DNA of 64,000 nucleotides from an uncultured Thermoplasmatales archaeon (GTDB lineage Archaea; Thermoplasmatota; E2; DHVEG-1): NCBI GenBank assembly GCA_964481275.1, contig CAYZTD010000006.1, positions 27,643 to 91,642 of the forward strand, read 5' to 3'. Shown piece by piece: positions 56,857 to 64,000 of this stretch (position 1 is its first letter; each line of letters starts with the position of its first letter). The notes under the pieces were generated by a model. It saw only the letters and a program-made list of their open reading frames with translations, ran no database searches and was not told where the DNA came from. The position numbers and the translations under genes were made by a program.

Positions 56857-58758
56857 ATGAGGATGCCAGAGAAAAAATCTTTATTACTTGTATCTATGCC
56901 TTTTGCAGAAACAAGTGTACCCTCTATCCAACTTGGACTTCTTGAATCATATTTAAAAAATCGTGATATCGATGTTTCTACAAGGCACCTATATCTAAAA
57001 GCAGCAGACTTCATCGGCTTAAATAACTATAATTTTTTAATAAATAGCCCAAATGATTCGTATATAGCCCAGATGGTTTTCTCAAAATATGTCTTTTCAG
57101 ATCATTGGAAAAAAAATCTTAGAAAATTCAAATATTTTTATGAAAATATAGTATCTTATAAAAAAGATTTTTCAAAAAAATTTAGTTTTGAAAGTTATGT
57201 AAAACAAAACGACAGATTTATTGAATGGGCAGAAGAAAATATATCTTGGGAAAAATTTGATATCATAGGTTTTACACTTAACTATGGTCAATTTTTACCT
57301 TCTCTTACGTTAGCAAAAAAAATAAAAGAAAAAAATCCTGAAAAAATAATTGTTTTAGGTGGAAGTACACCAATAAATGAGCTTGGAGAAAAAATATTAT
57401 CAATTTTTAAATATGTAGATTTTGTAGTATCAGGCGAGGGAGAAGAAGCGCTATTTTTATTAACAAATGATTTTGAAAATTATAAAAAAATACCTGGGTT
57501 AATATATAGAAGAGATGAACATATAATATCTAACAAAAACACAGATTATATAGATATGAATAATTTACCATATCCCAGTTTTCAATCATATTACAACGAA
57601 TTTAATTATGTCTCAAATGAGATCATACAGTATCATCAGCTTTACGGTAAAATACCAATAGAGCTTTCCCGTGGATGCTGGTGGAATAACTGTACTTTTT
57701 GCAATGTTAGTGCTTATCATAAAAAATACCGCGAAAAAGATTATAATAGATTCACAGAGGAAATAAAATATCTTTCAGACACATATAAAATACTAAACTT
57801 TCAAGTAATTGGAAGTACACTTCCTCAAAGAAATTATAAAGATCTATGTGAAAAAATAATAGATTTAAACCGTGATTTTACTTTATATATAGAAGCAAGA
57901 GCAGGAGCTTTAAAAAGTAAAGATTACAATCTTCTTAGAAAAGCAGGCTTTACACATATTCAAACAGGTGTAGAATCATTTAGCTCTAAATTACTTAAAA
58001 AAATGAATAAAGGAGTAAAAGTTATTGACAACATTGCTGCTTTAAAATTTTGTAAAGAAAACCATATAAAAAATTCTTATAATATTATTATAAACTATCC
58101 AAATGAAGACAAAAATGATTTTGAAGAATCTAAAAAAACAATAAAACTTTTACAAAAATATATAGAACCAGCAAATATCAGTAAATATGTTGTAGGTTAT
58201 CAAAGCCCGATATATAATAACCTTAAAAAATTTAATATTAAAGATATAAAACCAAAAATTATTGATACAATTATGTATCCAAAAGAAATTTTGGATAAAA
58301 AAATTTGTTTCTTTTATTCTTTTAAAAGAAAAAACAAGATAAAAGAAAACCCATGGAAAGAATTAGTTTCAAAATGGAAAGAAACATATGAAGAACAACA
58401 AATATTAGGTTTAAAAAGAAATACAGCACTTGATAAATTAGTCTTTTATTATAAGGATGGAGGAGAATTTATAAAAATATATGATAAAAGATACGAAAAA
58501 AATGCAATGATATATATACTAAATGAGATAGAAAGAGAAGTTTTTTTAGCATGTGATGATGTAATATCAAAAACAGAACTAAAAGAGAAAAACAAAGATA
58601 TAAGTCAAGCTGAACTTGAAAAAATACTAAATAGTTTTGTTGAATCAGGAATTGTTTATAGAGAAGATGAAAGTTATTTGTCTTTACCAATCAGTTATAA
58701 TAAATTTTATAATAAAAAGAAAAAACAAAAAACAATAAAAAAGTTAGAATTAGCTTAA
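56857..58758 (+). CDS. class B radical SAM enzyme (N-terminal B12-binding-like domain + radical SAM core + C-terminal wHTH-like domain)
   Basis: LLLVSMPFAETSVPSIQLGLL and DIIGFTLNYGQFLPSLTLAKKIKEKNPEKIIVLGGSTP (B12-domain-like). ELSRGCWWNNCTFCNV is the cluster motif, with Cx4Cx2C spacing. The C-terminus ILNEIEREVFLACDDVISKTEL...ILNSFVESGIVY is RRE/wHTH-like. Confidence 0.85.
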   Translation: MRMPEKKSLLLVSMPFAETSVPSIQLGLLESYLKNRDIDVSTRHLYLKAADFIGLNNYNFLINSPNDSYIAQMVFSKYVFSDHWKKNLRKFKYFYENIVSYKKDFSKKFSFESYVKQNDRFIEWAEENISWEKFDIIGFTLNYGQFLPSLTLAKKIKEKNPEKIIVLGGSTPINELGEKILSIFKYVDFVVSGEGEEALFLLTNDFENYKKIPGLIYRRDEHIISNKNTDYIDMNNLPYPSFQSYYNEFNYVSNEIIQYHQLYGKIPIELSRGCWWNNCTFCNVSAYHKKYREKDYNRFTEEIKYLSDTYKILNFQVIGSTLPQRNYKDLCEKIIDLNRDFTLYIEARAGALKSKDYNLLRKAGFTHIQTGVESFSSKLLKKMNKGVKVIDNIAALKFCKENHIKNSYNIIINYPNEDKNDFEESKKTIKLLQKYIEPANISKYVVGYQSPIYNNLKKFNIKDIKPKIIDTIMYPKEILDKKICFFYSFKRKNKIKENPWKELVSKWKETYEEQQILGLKRNTALDKLVFYYKDGGEFIKIYDKRYEKNAMIYILNEIEREVFLACDDVISKTELKEKNKDISQAELEKILNSFVESGIVYREDESYLSLPISYNKFYNKKKKQKTIKKLELA

Positions 58759-58797
58759 ATAACTAAAAAATTTGTAAAAAGTCGATTTTTGTTAATT

Positions 58798-58845
58798 TTC
58801 CTACAATCATAAACAAAAAATGCAGTTTTTAGAATTTTGTAGGAA
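58798..58845. promoter_or_regulatory. 9-bp perfect inverted repeat between the radical SAM gene and the Cys-rich small ORF
   Basis: TTCCTACAA (58798-58806) and TTGTAGGAA (58837-58845) separated by 30 nt. It could be a terminator/attenuator hairpin or a regulator operator. Confidence 0.3.
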
Positions 58846-58898
58846 TTTTTACAAGTAGGGCTTTATGTTAACTTTTTTCTTTGTAATATTGAAGACAT

Positions 58899-59066
58899 AT
58901 GAAAGAAACAAAAAAAATGGATAGAAAAATTGAAGAGACAATGGATTTAGATGACTGTATATCCACCTACATATCTATCTGCGAAAAAGGTTTTTATTCA
59001 AATGATTTTTGTTTACCCTTTAATATGAAAGATATCTGTTCTAAGTATGGCGGGAGGTTGAATTAA
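58899..59066 (+). CDS. 55-aa four-Cys peptide (candidate RiPP precursor or small metal/redox partner)
   Basis: Hand translation: MKETKKMDRKIEETMDLDDCISTYISICEKGFYSNDFCLPFNMKDICSKYGGRLN. The stop at 59064-59066 lies 2 nt before the next ATG, and the last codons contain the SD GGGAGG for that gene, so the two are translationally coupled. Confidence 0.5.
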   Translation: MKETKKMDRKIEETMDLDDCISTYISICEKGFYSNDFCLPFNMKDICSKYGGRLN

Positions 59067-59068
59067 AG

Positions 59069-59677
59069 ATGTATCCTATCTTTCTATTAACCTATACTAT
59101 ACTTGGAGGAGGTATAAAATATATTGATGATGCTTTTGACACAAATATATTCTCCAAAAAAACAGCATACATTCTTTCACCAATACTTGCAATAATAGGA
59201 GTATACTGCATGATTATAAACCCAGTAAGTGCTACAATTCTTCTTGCAATTTTAGCAGGAGTACTAATAAAAGGAAAAATTGACAACTGGGCTTTTATAT
59301 CAGCATTTATATTAGTAGTGTTACTTTCAGTATTACTTGGTATAGAATTTTTGATAATTCCTTTGATACTGCTTTCTGCAGCAGCAATACTAGACGAAGT
59401 AGGAAACGACTTCATTGATTCAGTTAAAAAAGATTTAGATGAAGATAAATTTTCAAATAAATTCACAATATACTTCTTTGGCCACAGATGGGTACTAAAA
59501 ATCGCAATATTATATCTTGTAATAGCTAATATAGTACCAATATATTTCTTCTTTGCAATGCTACTTTTTGATTACACATACGTAGCAGTAGGATTCATCG
59601 GCAAGTTAAAAAATGAAGATATAAAAATAACAAATACCCCGGGTATTATCTCAAAAATTGCATGTATCTTTAAATAA
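59069..59677 (+). CDS. polytopic membrane protein with two Asp-rich motifs
   Basis: About 6 TM segments. KYIDDAFD (DDxxD) lies near the N-terminus and LDEVGNDFIDS (NDxxD) after TM4, reminiscent of prenyl-diphosphate/Mg binding motifs. Family not recognised. Confidence 0.6.
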   Translation: MYPIFLLTYTILGGGIKYIDDAFDTNIFSKKTAYILSPILAIIGVYCMIINPVSATILLAILAGVLIKGKIDNWAFISAFILVVLLSVLLGIEFLIIPLILLSAAAILDEVGNDFIDSVKKDLDEDKFSNKFTIYFFGHRWVLKIAILYLVIANIVPIYFFFAMLLFDYTYVAVGFIGKLKNEDIKITNTPGIISKIACIFK

Positions 59678-59704
59678 ATCTAAACAATTTCTTTTTTTAT
59701 ATCT

Positions 59705-60916
59705 ATGACAATAAAATGTGATGTATTAGTTGTTGGCGGTGGCCCTGCAGGAAGTAGTGCTGCAAGAGCAGCAGCAAAAAAAGGTGCTAAAACGGTTCTT
59801 ATAGAAAAACAAAAAGAAATTAAAGACGTTCCCTGTGCTGAAGGCATAGGATCCTATCTTTTTCCATTATTACCATTTAAAATACCAAAAAATCAATTAA
59901 AATGGAAAATAAAAGGGATAGCATTTTCCGATGGGGAAACAGAAATAATTCAACAGGGGCATTTCTACAAAGCTTGGTCAATAGAACGAAGAGAATTTGA
60001 TGATTGGCTTCTTACTGAAGCAAAAAGAGCAGGAACTAAAATTTTTATGAACACAGAGTTTATTGATTTAAAATTATCAAAAAATTATCAAGTTGATACT
60101 ATCACTGCAAAACAAGAAAAGAAAAATATAAAAATAAAAGCAAAAAAAATTATTGCAGCAGACGGAGTGGAATCAGATATAGCAAAAAAATTAGATATAT
60201 TAAAGAAAAAATCAGACAGCATTGGATATGTCCACAGTTGGGAAATGAAAAATGTTGATATAAAATATCCATATCTTGAACAAATGTATTTAGGTGATTT
60301 TGCTCCAGGAGCATATGCTTATGTATTTCCAAAATCAAAGAATGTGGCCAACATAGGAGTAGGTAGTACAAAAGAAGATAAAAATTTAGAAAAAAATTTT
60401 AACAGATTCATTGAAGAAATTATCCCTAAACAAGTAAAAAATGCAGAAAAAACAATAGATAGATCAGGTATTGCTCCGATAAAAACAATTGTTGATGAAA
60501 TGCAATATGGAAATGTTTATTTCACAGGTGATGCAGCAAATCAAAATCTAAAACCTTATGTTGAAGGAATTTTACCTGCAATCATATGTGGAGATATAGC
60601 TGGAAAAACAGCTTCTTCTGAAAAACATAACTATGAACAATCAATAAAAAAGAAATTAGGAAAACAATTCAGAGAGTCAGATAAATTACTAGAAGAACTT
60701 TTAAAAATAAAAAATTATCCGAAAGACAAAAAGCATTTGATCAGCGTTTATATGTTTGCATTTATGGATATAAAAAATATTGGTAATCTAGCAACAAAGG
60801 ATGTAAGTCAAATAAAAAACGAATTATTTAGAAAAAGCTGCCAAGTTAATGGTTTCATTACTATGCTTAAATACTTTATTTGGTATGCTAAAATCCTCAC
60901 CACCCGTCGCGATTAA
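59705..60916 (+). CDS. geranylgeranyl reductase family FAD-dependent oxidoreductase
   Basis: CDVLVVGGGPAGSSAARAAAKKGAKTVLIEK dinucleotide fold, PCAEGIG, and GDAANQ. Length is typical at 403 aa. Confidence 0.87.
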   Translation: MTIKCDVLVVGGGPAGSSAARAAAKKGAKTVLIEKQKEIKDVPCAEGIGSYLFPLLPFKIPKNQLKWKIKGIAFSDGETEIIQQGHFYKAWSIERREFDDWLLTEAKRAGTKIFMNTEFIDLKLSKNYQVDTITAKQEKKNIKIKAKKIIAADGVESDIAKKLDILKKKSDSIGYVHSWEMKNVDIKYPYLEQMYLGDFAPGAYAYVFPKSKNVANIGVGSTKEDKNLEKNFNRFIEEIIPKQVKNAEKTIDRSGIAPIKTIVDEMQYGNVYFTGDAANQNLKPYVEGILPAIICGDIAGKTASSEKHNYEQSIKKKLGKQFRESDKLLEELLKIKNYPKDKKHLISVYMFAFMDIKNIGNLATKDVSQIKNELFRKSCQVNGFITMLKYFIWYAKILTTRRD

Positions 60917-62095
60917 AAGAAAAGGTGAATCTTTATATGCTTCTTTTAAAATTTCCTGAACTTTAAAAAAATCAATTCCAAGTGTTTCCAAAAGTGCAGA
61001 ACAATAAATAATGATACTAAATTTTGGAATTGAATCTATAGTAATTTTATTTAAACTATTTTTCAAACTATTAATCAATATCTTTCTTGAAGATTGACCT
61101 ATGCAAAGCTTATCAGACTGAACATCAAAACCACAAATAATAGAATCCCCAGCAATCCCTCCTATAACTTCAGGATATATTTCACCATCTTTTTCAAATA
61201 TAAGAGGATAAAAAAATGTTCGTCTATGCAGTCTTTCATCCATCAATGAGCTAGGCCAATTTAGATGAGAAAAAAAAGTTTTTGTCGCAGGTTTATTATC
61301 GATTTTATTTATAATACATTTTTCACCAGCTGTTTGTACATCAAAAAATATGTTTGTCTTCTCAACAGCAACCTGAGAATCCAACAATATTTTTTTATTG
61401 ATACAAATAGAAAGTCCAATTACACTATTTGAATGAATATCTTTGTTAAAGAATTGAAAATTCTTCTCTAGTTTATTATCATCAATAGAAGAGCCACCTA
61501 TTATCTTATAGTTAGACATATATCGCGATATATTTTCCAAAACTCTATCTTCTCTACCAAGACCTCTTTGAGATACTTGAGAAGAAGTTCTAAGTAAATT
61601 AGATACCATATAACTAGAAATCTTTGACTTGTAAACCTTTTTAACCCCAGTACCTAATAGTGATGGGACTTTAGTTCCAGAAGTTAATATAAATAAAAAT
61701 TTTTCTGAATATTCTGAAGCAATATTCATTTTTATCATATTAGACAATTCTATTGCAGCTTTTTTTGGATTTTTTTTAGTGTTATGTCCAATACCAACTG
61801 CTACATCCATGTTAGGATAATCTATAGCAAGAGCAGTAACTCCCCTTGTATAGCATCCCTCTTGTGTCATAAAACCAGCAACAGTACCACCAATCAAAGG
61901 AGAATCAGGAAAAGCATCTTTTATTCCAGATAGAAGTTTTTTAAATTCTTTTTCATAATGAATTGTTGTAAAAAGAAGAATGAATTTTGGTTTAGACATC
62001 TTGTTTTTGATTTTATCAACAATTTCTATGGCTACTTCTTCGCCATCCCATTTTCGAGATATCTCAACTGAAGCTTTAAAATCTGTTTCAGCCAT
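60824..62095 (-). CDS. FIST domain-containing sensor protein
   Basis: FILLFTTIHYEKEFKKLLSGIKDAFPDSPLIGGTVAGFMT (FIST_N pattern) and a C-terminal FIST_C-like region. The 3' end overlaps the convergent reductase gene by 93 nt. Confidence 0.72.
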   Translation of the reverse strand: MAETDFKASVEISRKWDGEEVAIEIVDKIKNKMSKPKFILLFTTIHYEKEFKKLLSGIKDAFPDSPLIGGTVAGFMTQEGCYTRGVTALAIDYPNMDVAVGIGHNTKKNPKKAAIELSNMIKMNIASEYSEKFLFILTSGTKVPSLLGTGVKKVYKSKISSYMVSNLLRTSSQVSQRGLGREDRVLENISRYMSNYKIIGGSSIDDNKLEKNFQFFNKDIHSNSVIGLSICINKKILLDSQVAVEKTNIFFDVQTAGEKCIINKIDNKPATKTFFSHLNWPSSLMDERLHRRTFFYPLIFEKDGEIYPEVIGGIAGDSIICGFDVQSDKLCIGQSSRKILINSLKNSLNKITIDSIPKFSIIIYCSALLETLGIDFFKVQEILKEAYKDSPFLLIATGGEDFSIPNKVFKHSNETINLAAFSK

Positions 62096-62116
62096 AAAAA
62101 TCTTACAACCTTTTTA

Positions 62117-62521
62117 CTAATCAGCATTTAATTTAGCTTTTTCCATTCTATCCATTATTTCAAGTATCTCACGACGAGCGTTTTCCATTTCTACTTCTAA
62201 TAAACCTTTATTTGCAAGAGCTGGAATAATTGAAACAAGTGCATTATCAGTATCTGGAAAAACATAAAACAAAACTTCATAATCCTGCAATCTAAATTCC
62301 ATCTCAGATAGACCTGTCTGAGAATACTCTCGAATTACAGTAAAAACATCATCCATAGCCCTATGTATTATATCCCATATTTTATGGACTTCTGATTTAA
62401 AACTCTCTGTTCCATCAGATGGCATTACACTAATCATGTTTTGTCTTGCAACCATACAAGCAAGAACATCATCAAGACGTAAGAGATCATCTAAAACTTT
62501 AGCTACGGGGTCATCTTCCAA
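62117..62521 (-). CDS. roadblock/LC7 (MglB-like) domain protein
   Basis: VLDDLLRLDDVLACMVARQNMISVMP...ALVSIIPALANKGLLEVEM has the Robl/LC7 layout. TTG start lies 5 nt after the SD GTGAT. Confidence 0.78.
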   Translation of the reverse strand: MEDDPVAKVLDDLLRLDDVLACMVARQNMISVMPSDGTESFKSEVHKIWDIIHRAMDDVFTVIREYSQTGLSEMEFRLQDYEVLFYVFPDTDNALVSIIPALANKGLLEVEMENARREILEIMDRMEKAKLNAD

Positions 62522-62550
62522 CTAAAATCACTTCCTCATAATTGGGAGTA

Positions 62551-63315
62551 TTATACAAATTTTATTCCACCTGTAGTAATTGTTATATTCTGAGGTTTTA
62601 AAGTATGTTTAGTCGCACGCATCTTTCTAACAGTAAGTTTACGTCTATCCATAGTCATATCAAGATCAAGAAGAATTATTCCATCTACAAGAAACTCTGA
62701 TATTGTATCACGTGAAAGACTTCTTGATCCCTCAGGTATCTCTGAAGTCACTAGACCTGTACAGTTTTCCCTCGAAAGTAAAGACAATATCCTTTTAACA
62801 TGCATACGAATAGCAGGAGTAGAACCAGCAGGATATTTATGGGTTTTTTCTTTTTCTTCAGAGGAAACTAATTCTTGCACGTCGCCAACCCATACAGGAA
62901 CTTCTGATACAGGTGTTAAAGAATCAAGAACTATTCTTGTATACCCTCCATTTCTTATTTCTCGTTCCATTTCTTTATGCATTGTAGGTTTATCTAAATC
63001 AAGATACATGAATCTAAGTCTATCTGAATCCATCCATCTTTGAAAATTAAATCCTATCTCATTTGCCTGTTTTATAATGTTTTCAACTCTTTCATCAGAT
63101 GTTAAAAAAAGACATTTTTCATTGTTTTTAAGACCTTGTTTTAGATAATGAAAACATAATATAGTTTTTCCACTACCAGGTGTTCCAGAAACCAAGGTAA
63201 TTGTATTATTTGGAAAACCACCTGAAAGTAAATCATCAAGTTCTTTTATTCCACTAGAAACACGCCCGATAGATTCACTATTTCTTAAGGTGATATCTTC
63301 TATAAATTCATCCAT
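62551..63315 (-). CDS. single-domain KaiC-like / RAD55-type RecA-superfamily ATPase
   Basis: SSGIKELDDLLSGGFPNNTITLVSGTPGSGKTILCFHYL (Walker A) and RIVLDSLTP (Walker B). ATG 63315 follows GTGAT, and the track start 63324 is the GTG of the SD. Confidence 0.88.
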   Translation of the reverse strand: MDEFIEDITLRNSESIGRVSSGIKELDDLLSGGFPNNTITLVSGTPGSGKTILCFHYLKQGLKNNEKCLFLTSDERVENIIKQANEIGFNFQRWMDSDRLRFMYLDLDKPTMHKEMEREIRNGGYTRIVLDSLTPVSEVPVWVGDVQELVSSEEKEKTHKYPAGSTPAIRMHVKRILSLLSRENCTGLVTSEIPEGSRSLSRDTISEFLVDGIILLDLDMTMDRRKLTVRKMRATKHTLKPQNITITTGGIKFV

Positions 63316-63476
63316 ATTAATCACATATCCTTTGGAAAAAACCCATCTTTTAGTTTTTCCTCTCCATCCTTTGTTATAGTTTGCTAATTTAAAAGACTTT
63401 TCTATTACATGTTAAGTAGTGTTATAAACATTTTCGAGTAAATATTCTCATAATGAAATATTATAGAAACTAAGAT

Positions 63477-64000
63477 CTAACTTCTTGTCAGTTCTACAAT
63501 GCCAGAACCTTTGATATCTATAGTATTAGAAAGCCATTTTATTTTGCCTTCAATTTTACATGTTCCTTCCCAGACCCCTGTATCTGGTGGTTTACCCCAA
63601 ACATTCTCACATATGTTTAGATTTTCAATATAAATATCAATATACATTAGTCCCTTTAACGGATTTTTAAGAAGTGTATTCCAAAAAATTGCTCTCAATC
63701 TAACTTTTTTTGGTATTTCTAACGAGTCTATAGAGGTAGATGTCATTTCAAGATAGTCAGTTTTAAAATATAAACATTTAGAGAAGTTTTCACCGTCAGG
63801 TGTCAACAATAAAATATCTGGAAGGACAGATCCAATTTTAGATCCCTGCAAGATATTTCCAATAAAAAGATTCCATCCAGTATCAAGATATAAACAATAC
63901 CAATCCCATACATTTAACTGACTTTCTATATCTTTTTTGTTTGTTTGATTTCTTATTTTAGGTAAAAATGTAAACCAATGATGTTCATGATATCCAACTC
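63477..64000 (-). CDS. hypothetical protein, N-terminus beyond window edge
   Basis: The frame stays open upstream of the track TTG to position 64000 (..VGYHEHHWFTFLPKIRNQTNKKDIESQLNVWDWYCLYLDTGWNLFIGNILQGSK..). It loosely resembles AttH/CrtC-type lipocalin-like proteins, but this is not secure. Confidence 0.45.
   Translation of the reverse strand, partial: VGYHEHHWFTFLPKIRNQTNKKDIESQLNVWDWYCLYLDTGWNLFIGNILQGSKIGSVLPDILLLTPDGENFSKCLYFKTDYLEMTSTSIDSLEIPKKVRLRAIFWNTLLKNPLKGLMYIDIYIENLNICENVWGKPPDTGVWEGTCKIEGKIKWLSNTIDIKGSGIVELTRS

Noticed and set aside
1-64000. Searched by eye for CRISPR arrays, transposases, integrases, long direct repeats, rRNA and SRP RNA
   Set aside because: None was found. 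There are no regularly spaced direct repeats, no DDE or tyrosine-recombinase motifs, and the only GC-rich non-coding blocks are the three tRNAs and the RNase P RNA.

Overview
Low-GC archaeal chromosomal segment. The archaeal assignment rests on TFB, TFS, PCNA, RFC small subunit, EF-1alpha, uS10, prefoldin alpha, FtsY, Pop5/Rpp14 and archaeal-type TrpRS. Lineage cannot be fixed from the sequence alone. The secreted papain/PKD proteins, heliorhodopsin, Csp and roadblock content would fit a sediment Thermoplasmatota-like or Asgard-like organism. I can support about 70 CDS, 3 tRNAs (Ser-UGA, Val-GAC, Thr-GGU), one RNase P RNA that the ORF track cannot show, several small ORFs below the track cutoff, and one candidate structured ncRNA. 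I saw no CRISPR array, transposase, integrase or rRNA. Translation is largely Shine-Dalgarno led (GGTGA/GTGAT/GGAGG 4-9 nt before the ATG), so several ORF-track starts are really a GTG inside the SD and I moved them. Four loci deserve the most follow-up. (1) 5079-13403 is a translationally coupled six-gene operon: BtaA-like DUF3419, lipid kinase, UbiA-like membrane protein, rifampicin-phosphotransferase-like PEP enzyme, PP-loop amidotransferase and acyl-AMP ligase. It lies in a markedly lower-GC, A-skewed block that begins right next to the RNase P RNA gene. It is a candidate novel lipid head-group or amphiphile pathway, possibly horizontally acquired. (2) 55666-60916 holds a tandem Lrp/AsnC regulator, a class-B (B12-domain) radical SAM enzyme, an unannotated 55-aa four-Cys peptide translationally coupled to an Asp-rich membrane protein, and a geranylgeranyl reductase. 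This could be RiPP-like maturation or isoprenoid-lipid tailoring. (3) 60824-63315 is a KaiC-like ATPase / roadblock-LC7 / FIST operon. (4) 37483-40467 is a cold-shock-type module: a DEAD-box helicase, two Csp paralogues flanking tfb, and small zinc-finger ORFs. A heliorhodopsin with a complete retinal-binding signature lies at 2923-3684. All functional calls come from motif recognition by eye, and no database search was run.
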